Shown here: positions 13,656-24,546 of the stretch, in pieces | How the letters are laid out: the number at the start of each line of letters is the position of its first letter | Position numbering within the stretch: the stretch's first letter is position 1 | Source: Mobula hypostoma | Lineage: Eukaryota | Assembly (NCBI RefSeq): GCF_963921235.1 | Contig: NC_086097.1 | Coordinates: 217,312,001-217,376,000, forward strand | Reading direction: 5' to 3' | Length of the DNA: 64,000 nt | The notes under the pieces: generated by a model | Databases searched by the model: none | Seen by the model: the letters and a program-made list of their open reading frames with translations, nothing else | What the model was told of the DNA's origin: nothing | Position numbers and translations under genes: made by a program

Positions 13656-14303
13656 TCTTGATCTTGTTGTACGTATAGAATGCCTTAGGATTCTCATTAA
13701 TCCTACCTGCCAAGGATTCTGCATGGCCTCTCCTGGCTCTCCTTTATAATCCTCAAGTGCTCTGTTCTGATTTTAGCTTTCTAAACTTTACATATAATTG
13801 CTTTTTCTTCTTGACTAAATTCACCACCTATTTTGACATCTGAGGTTTCCTTTACCTTGCCATACATTTTACTCAGACATATTTGTCCTCTACTCTATGC
13901 AGTTGGTCTTTAAATACCATCCACATTTCAGATGTGTACTTGCTCAAAAACAGCTGTTCCCAATCAACTCTTTCCCAGTTCCAGCCTAATACTCCTGTAA
14001 TTTGACCTGCTCCATTTAATATTCTCCTGCAAACTCCATACTTATCCTTATCTATAGCTATTTTAAAACTTAAGGAGTTGTGATTATTGTTTCCTGACTG
14101 TTCTCCCACTAGAAGTTCTCTCACCTGGCCAGGCTCATTGCCCACAGGCAGGTCCAGTATGTCTCTCCTCTTGGACTGTTGGACTATCTACATATTTAAG
14201 AAATGTTTCTGGATGTACCCGACATCTGCTCCATCTAAACCTTTTGCACTAAGGAGGTCTCCGTCTATATTCAGGAAATTGAAGATACCCACAACAATAA
14301 CAC

Positions 14304-15486
14304 TTGGATTTTCAAAAGGCTTTTGACAAGGTCCCACACAGGAGATTAGTGTGCAAACTTAAAGCACACGGTATTGGGGGTAAGGTATTGGTGTGGGTGG
14401 AGAATTGGTTAGCAGACAAGAAGCAAAGAGTGGGAATAAACGGGACCTTTTCAGAATGGCAGGCGGTGACTAGTGGGGTACCGCAAGGCTCAGTGCTGGG
14501 ACCCCAGTTGTTTACAATATATATTAATGACTTGGATGAGGGAATTAAATGCAGCATCTCCAAGTTTGCGGATGACACGAAGCTGGGTGGCAGTGTTAGC
14601 TGTGAGGAGGATGCAGGGTGACTTGGATAGGTTGGGTGAGTGGGCAAATTCATGGCAGATGCAATTTAATGTGGATAAATGTGAAGTTATCCACTTTGGT
14701 GGCAAAAATAGGAAAACAGATTATTATCTGAATGGTGGCCGATTAGGAAAAGGGGAGGTGCAACGAGACCCGGGTGTCATTGTACACCAGTCATTGAAAG
14801 TGGGCATGCAGGTACAGCAGGCGGTGAAAAAGGCGAATGGTATGCTGGCATTTATTGCGAGAGGATTCGAGTACAGGAGCAGGGAGGTACTACTGCAGTT
14901 GTACAAGGCCTTGGTAAGACCACACCTGGAGTATTGTGTGCAGTTTTGGTCCCCTAATCTGAGGAAAGACATCCTTGCCATAGAGGGAGTACAAAGAAGG
15001 TTCACCAGATTGATTCCTGGGATGGCAGGACTTTCATATGAAGAAAGACTGGATGAACTGGGCTTGTACTCGTTGGAATTTAGAAGATTGAGGGGGGATC
15101 TGATTGAAACGTATAAGATCCTAAAGGGATTGGACAGGCTAGATGCAGGAAGATTGTTCCCGATGTTGGGGAAGTCCAGAACGAGGGGCCACAGTTTGAG
15201 GATAGAGGGGAAGCCTTTTAGGACCGAGATTAGGAAAAACTTCTTCACACAGAGAGTGGTGAATCTGTGGAATTCTCTGCCACAGGAAACAGTTGAGGCC
15301 AGTTCATTGGCTATATTTAAGAGGGAGTTAGATATGGCCCTTGTGGCTAAAGGGATCAGGGGGTATGGAGGGAAGGCTGGTGCAGGGTTCTGAGTTGGAT
15401 GATCAGCCATGACCACACTGAATGGCGGTGCAGGCTCGAAGGGCCGAATGGCCTACTCCTGCACCTATTTTCTATGTTTCTATGTT
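14304..15486 (+). mobile_element. Young 5'-truncated CR1 LINE
   Basis: RT motifs [29 protein letters not shown]; a single frameshift near 14612; tail (TTTCTATG)n. Confidence 0.95.
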
Positions 15487-17550
15487 TTTACACCTTTCCC
15501 TAATACACCTGCTAATCTGTTCTTCAATGTCCCAGTATGTAGTTTAATCCCATCAAAGTAATGGGATTACTCTAACAAACCTTCTGGCCAGGATATTGAG
15601 TGATTGCATCTTTCTTACTTCTGAGTTCTATCCATATAGATTCAGTGGTTGAGCCTTCCATTGTCCCCTCTGAGTGCATCTGTCCCTGATTAATAACACA
15701 ATTCCTCCCCACCCTTACTTCATCTATCTTTTCCAAGACATTGGAATCCTGAAACATTAGGCATCCATTTCTGTCCCTCTTTCAACCAAGTTGCTGTGAT
15801 GGCTAAAGCATCATAGTTCCATGTACTGATCCACACTCTGTTCATTGTCCTTAGCCATAATACCCCTAGCATCAAAATAGACTCTTCAACCTGTCCACTC
15901 CATTATGTCTAATATCTTGCTCCTGCCCTTTCTTACTGGTCATGATATCTACCTTCCTCCGAATTCCAGTACTTTCTAACCTGATTCTCTGGTTCCCAAC
16001 CCCTACCAGACTAGCTTAAACCCTCCTGACTAGCAATGGCAAACTTTCTGGCCAGGATATTGATTCCTCTTTAGTTAAGGTGCAACCTGTCCCTCTTCTA
16101 AATGTAACCCCTGTCCAGTGATCCAAGAACCTGAAACATTGCCCCCTGCACCACACTACTTTTGAGTTCTGCTTTTCAGGCCCTTTCTTAATTCCTGATA
16201 TTCACTGAGCAGGACCTCTTCCCCACTTCTACCTGTCATTGGTGCCAATGTACTGTACACCATGACCTCCAGATGTTCACTCTCCCTCTTGAGAATTTTC
16301 TGCAGCCACTCTGAGACATCCTCAACCCTAGCAACCAGGAAGCAAAACACCACCCTGGAGTCACTCTAGTGGCCACAGAATTTCCTGTCTGTCCTTCCAA
16401 CTACTGAGTGTGCTATCATTATAACTCTGCTTGAATTTACCTAATTCTGCTGAGCCTCAAAGCCTGCCACAGCACCACTGACTGGCCACTGCTGCTGTAC
16501 CCTGATAGGTCATCCCACCCAGCTGTTTCCAAAGGGACATGCTCGTTGCTCATAGGCATACCGAAAAGGAATCTACATTGTCTCTTCCCCTTACCTCAGC
16601 TATGGTCCTCAACTATACCCTATGTGTGACCATCTCATTAAAATTCTTGTCTACGATGCTCTTGGCATCCCAGACAATCCTAAGTAAGTCCAATTCCAGC
16701 TCCAGTTCCTTCACATAGTCAGCCAGGAGCTGCAACTGGGTGCACTTCTATGGGTGAAGTAATCATGGACACAAATTTATCAGGACCCCAAACAATGACA
16801 TTTTGGAAAATTAAACTGTAAAATTATCAGTGATTTTCTCTTTGTAAAATAAAACATCATTCTTTCAGTAAGGGAAAAATATCAGTGGCAAATTTGAAAA
16901 TGCAGCTGGTCTGCCGTCAAAGATTTTTGATAATTTTGTATCATTTTGACATTCTGAAAATAACATTGTTACCCATATAAAAACATGAATTCTCTATAAG
17001 AATTGTATTTGTATTTATTTTATTTCTTACATCCAAGGGAATAAAAATCTTTATGTTGTGTCTCCATTGCAATGTGCAAACAATAAGATGGGAAATGTGG
17101 GAGGATTGCTCAATCCTCCTCATGAAACCCATGTGTAGGTTTCCACCTATTCATATCATCTGATCAATCTCTATCAATAATTATTTTCACTCAATTATTG
17201 AGAAATACATTAAAATTGAAAAATATCTATCACATATCCTAATTATTCTACAACTATCAAGCTCTATGGGTAGAATTCTGGAAAGCAGCTGCCTGTTTGT
17301 TTTCTACAGAGAGAATGTAACACAGAACCAATAAGGGAAAATAGGGTACTTTGCAAACAATACCATCCATTTAGTTTTTCTCTGGAGGTAAATCAGCTCA
17401 GATGTTTGTTTTTTGGAACACCAAACACATTTCATTGAGGTGAAGTGAACTAATAATTTCTACAAAAATATAAATATTTTTGAAATTAATGTTGAATAGA
17501 TTTAACTCACAACATAGTGCTGGGCACAAGGACAAACAACAGCCTAATAT

Positions 17551-17745
17551 AACACACACAAAATGCTGGAGGAACTCAACAGGCCAGCAAAATCTATGGA
17601 AAAGAGTACAGTCGACGTTTTGGGCCGAAACCCTTTGGCAGGACCCTTAAATGTACTCTTCTCCATAGATGCTGCCTGGCCTGCTGAGTTCCTCCAGCAT
17701 TTTGTGTGTGTTGCTTGGATTTGCAGCATCTGCAAAATTTCTTTT
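17551..17745. mobile_element. Fold-back pair of PLE terminal-repeat fragments
   Basis: 17551-17610 is the approximate reverse complement of 17652-17712; a degenerate hammerhead motif lies between them. Confidence 0.8.
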
Positions 17746-18619
17746 TAGCAGCTCAATGTAGCAGATTGTTTGAACTATAGGTCACAGATGCATCACTTTA
17801 TGGTATATTTGCTACCTTCAACATTTGCAAATGACCTTCGTGATCTCATTCAAAAGGACACAATTGACATACCGAAGGAAGGGCCAACTAGTTTTGAAAC
17901 ATTCAGCCTCTTCTTTTAATGTCTTAGCTTATGAATACAAGTATGTGATCAGGATAGACCTGGTGACACTGTTAGTTCCATAAACTTGAATGCACTTCTT
18001 CAATACTTTACGCATAACTTAATTTAATTAACCTGTCAGGGTAATATTTTAAATAACTGATCATTTTCACATTTGTTTAGAAATTAATAGCCTATCAGGC
18101 CAGGACAGGGCTTTTTTTTCAGATATTATGTAGGTTTTTAGATAAATAACGAATCATATATTTTAAAAGGTATATTTAATGTCAGAGAAATGTATACAAT
18201 ATACATCCTGAAATGCTTTTCCTTTGCAACATATTTCTATGTTCTTTTATTGGTTTGGGTTTTTTGGTGTCATGTATATAGATAACGTAGACCACTGAAT
18301 AAAGCTGGTTGATTGGAGACACAATTTTGGAGATGTTGACCTGGCCAAGAACTTAGCTTAAACTGCTGGTAAATGTGGAATATTTCATTGATGCTACGTC
18401 TCCAGTTTTTTTTTTAAACACCTACTATAATTGTCCATACAGTATACTCATGGGTAATAATCACTTTTATTTGTTTTTTGTTTTGAGATCTACATGGTCA
18501 AACTCTTCTTTTGCAGAATGAACATCATCTCTCAATTGTCACAAACCCCAATGCTTGGCCACCCTACCATTAACTACACCTCTCTCTCAAACCTAAGTAA
18601 GGCTGAATAAGACTCTTTG

Positions 18620-18925
18620 GAGCTTTAATGTCTTATTTGACCCCAAGTTAAGTTCAGACCAACATAATCAGAACCATCACCAATCTCCTCCTCCACAAAT
18701 ACCCAATTCCATCTGTACATTATCACATTTACAACTCAAACACTCATCCTTGTCTTTGTTACTCCTAGACTTCACTATTCCACTGTTGGCTGACTTCCCT
18801 TGTCCTACTTTATGTAACCTTTAAGTTTCACCAAGTCCAAAGCTAACAAGCACAAAACTCAATTTAACCATTTCTCTTGTATTCCATGACAAACAGCTGG
18901 ATTTAAAAATCTTCACCCTTAGCAT
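18620..18925 (+). mobile_element. Old L2-like LINE fragment
   Basis: CTCATCCTTGTCTTTGTTACTCCTAGACTTCACTATTCC resembles the L2 ORF2 C-terminal LIHAFVTSRLDY motif. Confidence 0.5.
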
Positions 18926-18964
18926 GGTGGTACCAAAAACATCCAGAATATCTTCATATCCCTA

Positions 18965-19260
18965 TGTCTATGAAGGTTCTCATTCAGGTCATTGTATATC
19001 ACGCAGTAGTAAATCCAGGCAACTAGATTTGCTGTGTTGTCAAGAAGATATTTCACCACACTTCTGAGAGGCTTTTTCAGTTCTGATCCATGGTGGGTTA
19101 CAAACTGAGTTGTTTAAAACTATAACAATTATATGAGGGTTGTTAAAGAGTCATAGAGGTAATTGTAAGTAGCTGATAGGTGGTATCATATCCCCACCCC
19201 GTTTGTTCTTTACAAACTGAATGCCCAACATCTCAGGTCAACACTCAGCTGTACTTGAAG
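18965..19260 (-). mobile_element. Terminal repeat of a second PLE family (fish Poseidon-like)
   Basis: Minus strand AGAACTGAAAAAGCCTCTC...GGTGAAATATCTTCT and end TACAATGACCTGAATGAGAACCTTCATAGACA. Confidence 0.55.
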
Positions 19261-19794
19261 ACATGATAAATAGGCTAGTCAACATGGTTTCCTGAGGGTG
19301 AAATCATGCCTAATAAATCTTTGAGGAAAATAAAAGTAGGATTTATAAAGGAGAGTCAGTGGGTGTTGTTTATTTTGATTTTCTGCAGGCCTTCGACAAG
19401 GAGCTGTACACAAGGCTGCTAAACAAGACAAGATTCTGCGAATTACAGGACGGGAAAGATATTGGCATGGACAGAAGATTGGCTGACTGGCAGAAGGCAA
19501 AGAGCGAGGAATTAAGTATTTACTAGTTGGCTGTCAGTGATTATTAGGTTATGTACACAACTTTGCACATTATATGCATGTTAATGATCTAGATGACAGA
19601 ATTTTTGACACTTCACTCCCCTTTCTCAATCTTTCCCTTTGTCTCTGAGACAGACTGTGTACTGATATATTTTATAAACCTCCTGACCCCCTACCTCTTC
19701 CCACCTGTCATTTGCAAAAATGCTATTCCTTTTCTCAGTTCCCTAGTTTCCACACCTGTTCTCAAGAAGAGGTTTTCCATTCCAGAATATCTGA

Positions 19795-20335
19795 GGATCC
19801 AAGGCTGTGTGCCCAGAGATCTGAGATCTTTGGGCACAGAGCTCGGAAAAAGCGATGCAACGGACTTTTAACATCGTAAACCAGTGAGTTGCTTATTATG
19901 CCTCCCCTCTTGTTGTGAAACGGAGACATCTGTTTCTCCCTTATTATGGGGAGGGAGGGAGAGAGGGAGAGAGAGAGAGAGAGAGAGAGAGACTGACTGA
20001 CTGACTGACTGACTGACTGTGGTATGTCAAATGCTGGGTGAACAATGTAGTCTTTGGACTACTGCACGTCTGTGTCTTTGTTGTTGCCTTGCTCATCCTC
20101 GAGTGCTCAGTGGCAGGTGTTTTTTTTTGCCAGTGGGGGGGGGGGGAGAGAGAATCGTTGCTTGCTGCCGCTTACGCACATGAAGGAGAAGAGCTAGGGG
20201 GGTACTTTGGGGTTCTAACATTTAACTGTCATTCATTCTTTGGGGGCACTCCTCTATTTTCATGGATGGTTGTGAAGAAAAAGTATTTCAGGATGTATGT
20301 TGTATACATTTCTCTGACATTAAATGTACCTTTGA
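19795..20335 (+). mobile_element. 5'-truncated copy of the 11890-12707 retroposon, inserted in a PLE fragment (19590-20560)
   Basis: Shares GTGAAACGG...CATTTCTCTGACATTAAATGTA; flanks are contiguous PLE RT sequence (CKNAIPF). Confidence 0.7.
19955..20018. repeat. Compound microsatellite (GA)n(GACT)n
   Basis: Read directly; expanded relative to the short GAGAGAG run in the 11890 copy. Confidence 0.9.
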
Positions 20336-21019
20336 AATGCCCTCCTTCAGAGAACTGCAATTCTCTTCCTCCACCAGTGATGGAGTTCCCCTCATGCTGA
20401 CCTACCTCCCCACAAGCCTCAGCATCCGCCACACGATTCCCCTTCATTTCCACCATCTTCAACGGGATCCTACTACGAAACACACCTATCACCCCCACAC
20501 CCCACTCCACAGGGCTCACTCTCTACGTGACTCCTGTGTCCACTTGGCCTTGCTCAATGACCTGTATGAAAACATCTCCTGGGATGGACATTAGGGGTTT
20601 ATGAAAAGTGAATTAGCTCATTGCTCCCCAGACCAGGAGTGCAAAGATCAGTTGTGTTCTTACTACATACCAAATTGCACAGGCCACAAAATGAACCAAA
20701 AACTATTGGACCTAGAAGTTAATTTCAAACATTAAAATGTATTCTAGATCTTGTGCCTAGTATGAACGAATTGCCAGAACCTCTACGGGATAATTTTACT
20801 GAAACCACCTGACAGGGTTGAGACAATTCCATCACTATTGGAATTCATATTGTATGACAAGTGGAGAAAAAATGTATCATTCACCAATACAATGAATTAG
20901 TACAGTGTCATAGGTACTAAATGACCAATATTTAGGTTCTCATTTCAGCTATTTCCTTTCATACCCCTTTGTTTTTAAATAATCAGAATTTGGAAAATCT
21001 TTTGAAAACATTACACAAC

Positions 21020-23825
21020 TACAGGTTAGCACATAGCAATTTATTTTGACACAACATACATATGCTCTACATAGGCAGTTGGTGTACCATTTTGTGATCA
21101 TGGCAAAGAACATGCACCAGTATACCAAAACACACACTTGACAGATTACAGCAGGAAATCTTAACCCATATGGCAGTATATTGGTACAACTAAACAATCC
21201 TTCACTATTTATACAGCATCTGTGAATTATGTAAAAATGATATAAATCAATAATGCTGTTGCACAGATCCAGAGATTATGTAATCAGAGCAGATGCCAGA
21301 TACAAATAACTGCTGCATGCATGACATTCAAAACTTCAATCCTGCAGAAACAAAACCACCTTAAAAAAAAGACAAAATGAAAACAAAAACACAACTTTTC
21401 AAAAAGTGTCCAATTAATATGTGCTTAGTGAACACAGCATGCAAGATAGAACCTTCACACATAGAATAGTTGTTAAATGTTACAGAATCACTGTTTCCAT
21501 CATACAAACTATGTACATTCTATACACAGTGCATCAGATGCTCCCTTTTCCATCTCTCAATAGCAGCAAGCATATCCTGCTATTGTGCATAGCAGTACAA
21601 TTCAGGAGAGGAAAGAGTGTCTAAATTTTATTGCTATTTAATAATCATGTACTATTTTGCTTTTTCCCCCTAAATACATCAGTGCTACATCTCCACATAC
21701 ACTCCATGTTCTGTAGATCCATCTAATTAAAATCTTTCTAAGGGGGAGAAGGAAAAGTAAACACATATTTAGTGCAAATATCTAAGTTCAGGCAACTTTA
21801 ACCCAATGTTTTGCCTGTGCATGAAACAATGGATCATTTTAAATCAGGGAAATAATTCTTCCACATTCTGAGACTCACACAATTTAATTTCAACTTGAGA
21901 TACTTTTACAAAGTAAACAACATATCTAGAAAGTAAACAAATTGATTTATATTAAAAAAAAGACCATAGGGCAATGTTTATTCCCCTCCGATTTGGTGTA
22001 AGTTGACTTGAGGAAGTTTTAGTGTATAAAGATAGATGTTATAGCTTGAAACATAAATAACAAGACAAGGTAATAGGAACAAATTTGTTGAGAACTTAAC
22101 CCCAGATACTAAATAGATTTGTCTACTCAAGTTTGCATGAAATAACCAAAATCAAATTAAACTGCTAATAGGTCGCATAAACTCAATCAGCTTAAAGTTG
22201 TATCACAATGTACGTAATTTTCCTACTGCTCCAAAGTTGCTGCAAAAGTTTGCTCCCCACACTACTTATAAAAGTAACCAGAATGACCGATGTCATAATG
22301 CTATGAAAATGATATCAGTCAGATGTAATGTCATTAAAAATAAAAATGACAGACATTTCCTTGATTTTTACCCACTTCCAAAACTATCACTTTTCACAAA
22401 AATGGATTGTAACTGTGATGTTAATGCTTACCATGTTGAATAGAACATTTGTTTACAGAATACATTTGGAAATACATGAAAAAATAATAATTGTGATTTG
22501 TGATCTTAAGGTGCAACTGACTAATAATGGATTTGCATGTGATAACTTGCTTTAAAATGAGGACTACAGGACTAACATATTATTTAATCAATTTATAACT
22601 TAAAGCAAACACATGCATATCCATTACTGGTTAGACATTTAAGTGCAAAGTATTATAGGTTTGTGAGATTAACTAGATTTGGAAGAGGAAATGGATTAAT
22701 TCGTCTGTATTTACAGATAGCTTAGGTTACGGTAGATAGCTTAGGTTATAAGTGAGTGTGCAGTTCTCATTCAGTTTCTTCACCTATTTTCTTTCAGAAA
22801 ATATAGTGATAAGGAAAGAAGCAGTTCAAAACAGGGGTGCTATTCTGTACAAAAGGAGATTAGGAAATGTTTCTCCCTTCTGCTTGTAAATCATAGAATA
22901 TGGAGATGACTGAAAATGAACACACACTCCTGCTCCCAATTGCTAGTAGACTTAAAGGTTATAAGTTAAGGTTTTCTGATAAAGTATCTAAATATTTAAA
23001 AAGATATGCATATTTCGGAATGTGTGACATAACTATCATCACTTCTGATCAACAGGAATTAACAGCGGCTTCTAGGCTCTCGATATTCACACATAAATAC
23101 TATTAAGCATTAGAGCTGAAAATAATTTAAAGAAAATGTACCCTTTCCTCTCAATTTACAACTTTTCCCTGCTTCTACAATACATTCAAAACACCATCTC
23201 ACATTTCAGAGATTTGTGTTAAATACTGGTATTTCAATATTGTGGAATAAAAAAACTTCATCTTCTTACTTACATTATAAAAACACAGCTTTGTGCTTAA
23301 CACACTTATTTGATCATATTGACATATGTTCACAATAAAGCATACCATACAGTATGAAGTTATCTTGGTTTTGTCAATTGTCACATATCTGATATTAGCT
23401 GCTTTAAATTTTCAAGCTTGATTCCAAGCAGCCAATCCTAATGTGTCAGTGTTTAGTTAACAATTATGGACTGGGTTAAAAATACAACTATGTGACAATT
23501 ACCCATAATATCCATCAAAAGCATTTAGTCTGTTCTTTTTACAGCATATCAAAGACAAAAGAGTGCAACTCAGACAGTACTTGTTTCTGCCTCTCCATCC
23601 ATGTGTTTCATATATTTTAAATAAAAGCTATCTTATTAGCACATATTACACTTAGCAAAAGCAGCTTTTAGTTTTGGTTAAGTTTGTCTATTACGTATCA
23701 GAATATTAAAGAGATTCAACCCTCCAGAAAAATCACATCTAGGTAGATCAGGAGCTAAGCTTATGACATAAATCATCAGCTCTCAGTTTTAGTGTATATT
23801 TATTGGCTCCTTAAGCAATGGCCAG
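21020..23825 (-). other. MYBL1: MYBL1 3' UTR (predicted)
   Basis: About 2.8 kb AT-rich, TE-free stretch after the stop codon, ending near AATAAA (21040-21045) followed by GT-rich sequence. Confidence 0.7.
21040..21045 (-). terminator. Probable distal polyadenylation signal of MYBL1
   Basis: AATAAA on minus strand followed by TTGCTATGTGCTAACCTGTAGTTGTGTAATGTTTT (GU/U-rich downstream element). Confidence 0.6.
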
Positions 23826-23951
23826 CTACAGGATCAGTGCCCTGCTAGTGCTGCTGCCATTATAGGCATTAAGATACCTCCGAGCTTGTTCAGTCATTAT
23901 TAGCTGATCCTCCGTCTTTCCACAAGCAACTGCTTCCCATTCACTGGTCAT
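23826..23951 (-). CDS. MYBL1: MYBL1 terminal coding exon 16
   Basis: MTSEWEAVACGKTEDQLIMTEQARRYLNAYNGSSTSRALIL*; GKTEDQLIMTEQARRYL...TSRALIL is the A-Myb C-terminus. Confidence 0.96.
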   Translation of the reverse strand: MTSEWEAVACGKTEDQLIMTEQARRYLNAYNGSSTSRALIL

Positions 23952-24546
23952 CTGTGTATAATACAAAACAGAAAACAAGTTATAGAAAACTTCTATAAAA
24001 TGACATCAGTGACCTACAGGGTCTTGAAAAGCAATCCAAAGCTTCCTGACAGTATCTATAATTTTAAAACATACTGAATTTGATTACTGTAAATTACCCT
24101 GCTGTAGGAGAATCAGGATGGTATCGCTGGGTACATGACAGAGAAGGTTACAATATGCAAGTGGGGGAATGGGATTGATCAGCTTACTATGAGAGCCAAC
24201 ACGGGCTAAATGGTGTCCTATATCATAAGAAAATGAGAAAGAATATAGGTTTGCATGGATTCAAGAAAATACAATGAATTAAGATGGGGCACGAAATTAC
24301 CAAGAACAGAATGTTGTGAGTGCAAGAGGCTGCAAAGGGTTGTAAATTCAGTCAGCTCCATCATGGGCACAATTCTCCCCACCATCAATGACATCATCAA
24401 AAAACAGTGCTCAAGAAGGTGGCAGCATCATTAAGGATCCTTTCCATCCAGGATAAGTTTTCTTCTCATTACTAGCATCATGGAGGGGTTACAGGAGCCT
24501 GAAGACCCAAATGCAACATTTCAGGGACTGCTTCTTTCCCTCTTGG

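Larger units (their letters stand above)
7540..16780 (-). mobile_element. Old near-full-length CR1 LINE broken up by nested insertions
   Basis: Collinear pieces: RT C-terminus 7540-8210; RT 10010-10120 and 10540-11330; linker/endonuclease 13660-14300 and 15487-15900; ORF1 esterase-like piece (EDVSEWLQKILKRE) 16150-16400. Confidence 0.75.

Noticed and set aside
14724..15416. 230-aa minus-strand ORF and similar ORFs antisense to CR1, Rex or PLE copies (e.g. 25392-25796, 27085-27465, 31818-32174, 60446-60859)
   Set aside because: Shadow frames of repeat sequence; they recur wherever the repeat recurs and show no independent protein features
17780..17945. Possible plus-strand exon of a neighbouring gene (e.g. 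VXN, adjacent to MYBL1 in human)
   Set aside because: The short open frame has no recognisable similarity and no partner exons were found; TBLASTN would settle it
22715..22750. 19-bp-period tandem duplication in the 3' UTR (similar one at about 32898-32935)
   Set aside because: Two-copy slippage duplications with no evidence of function
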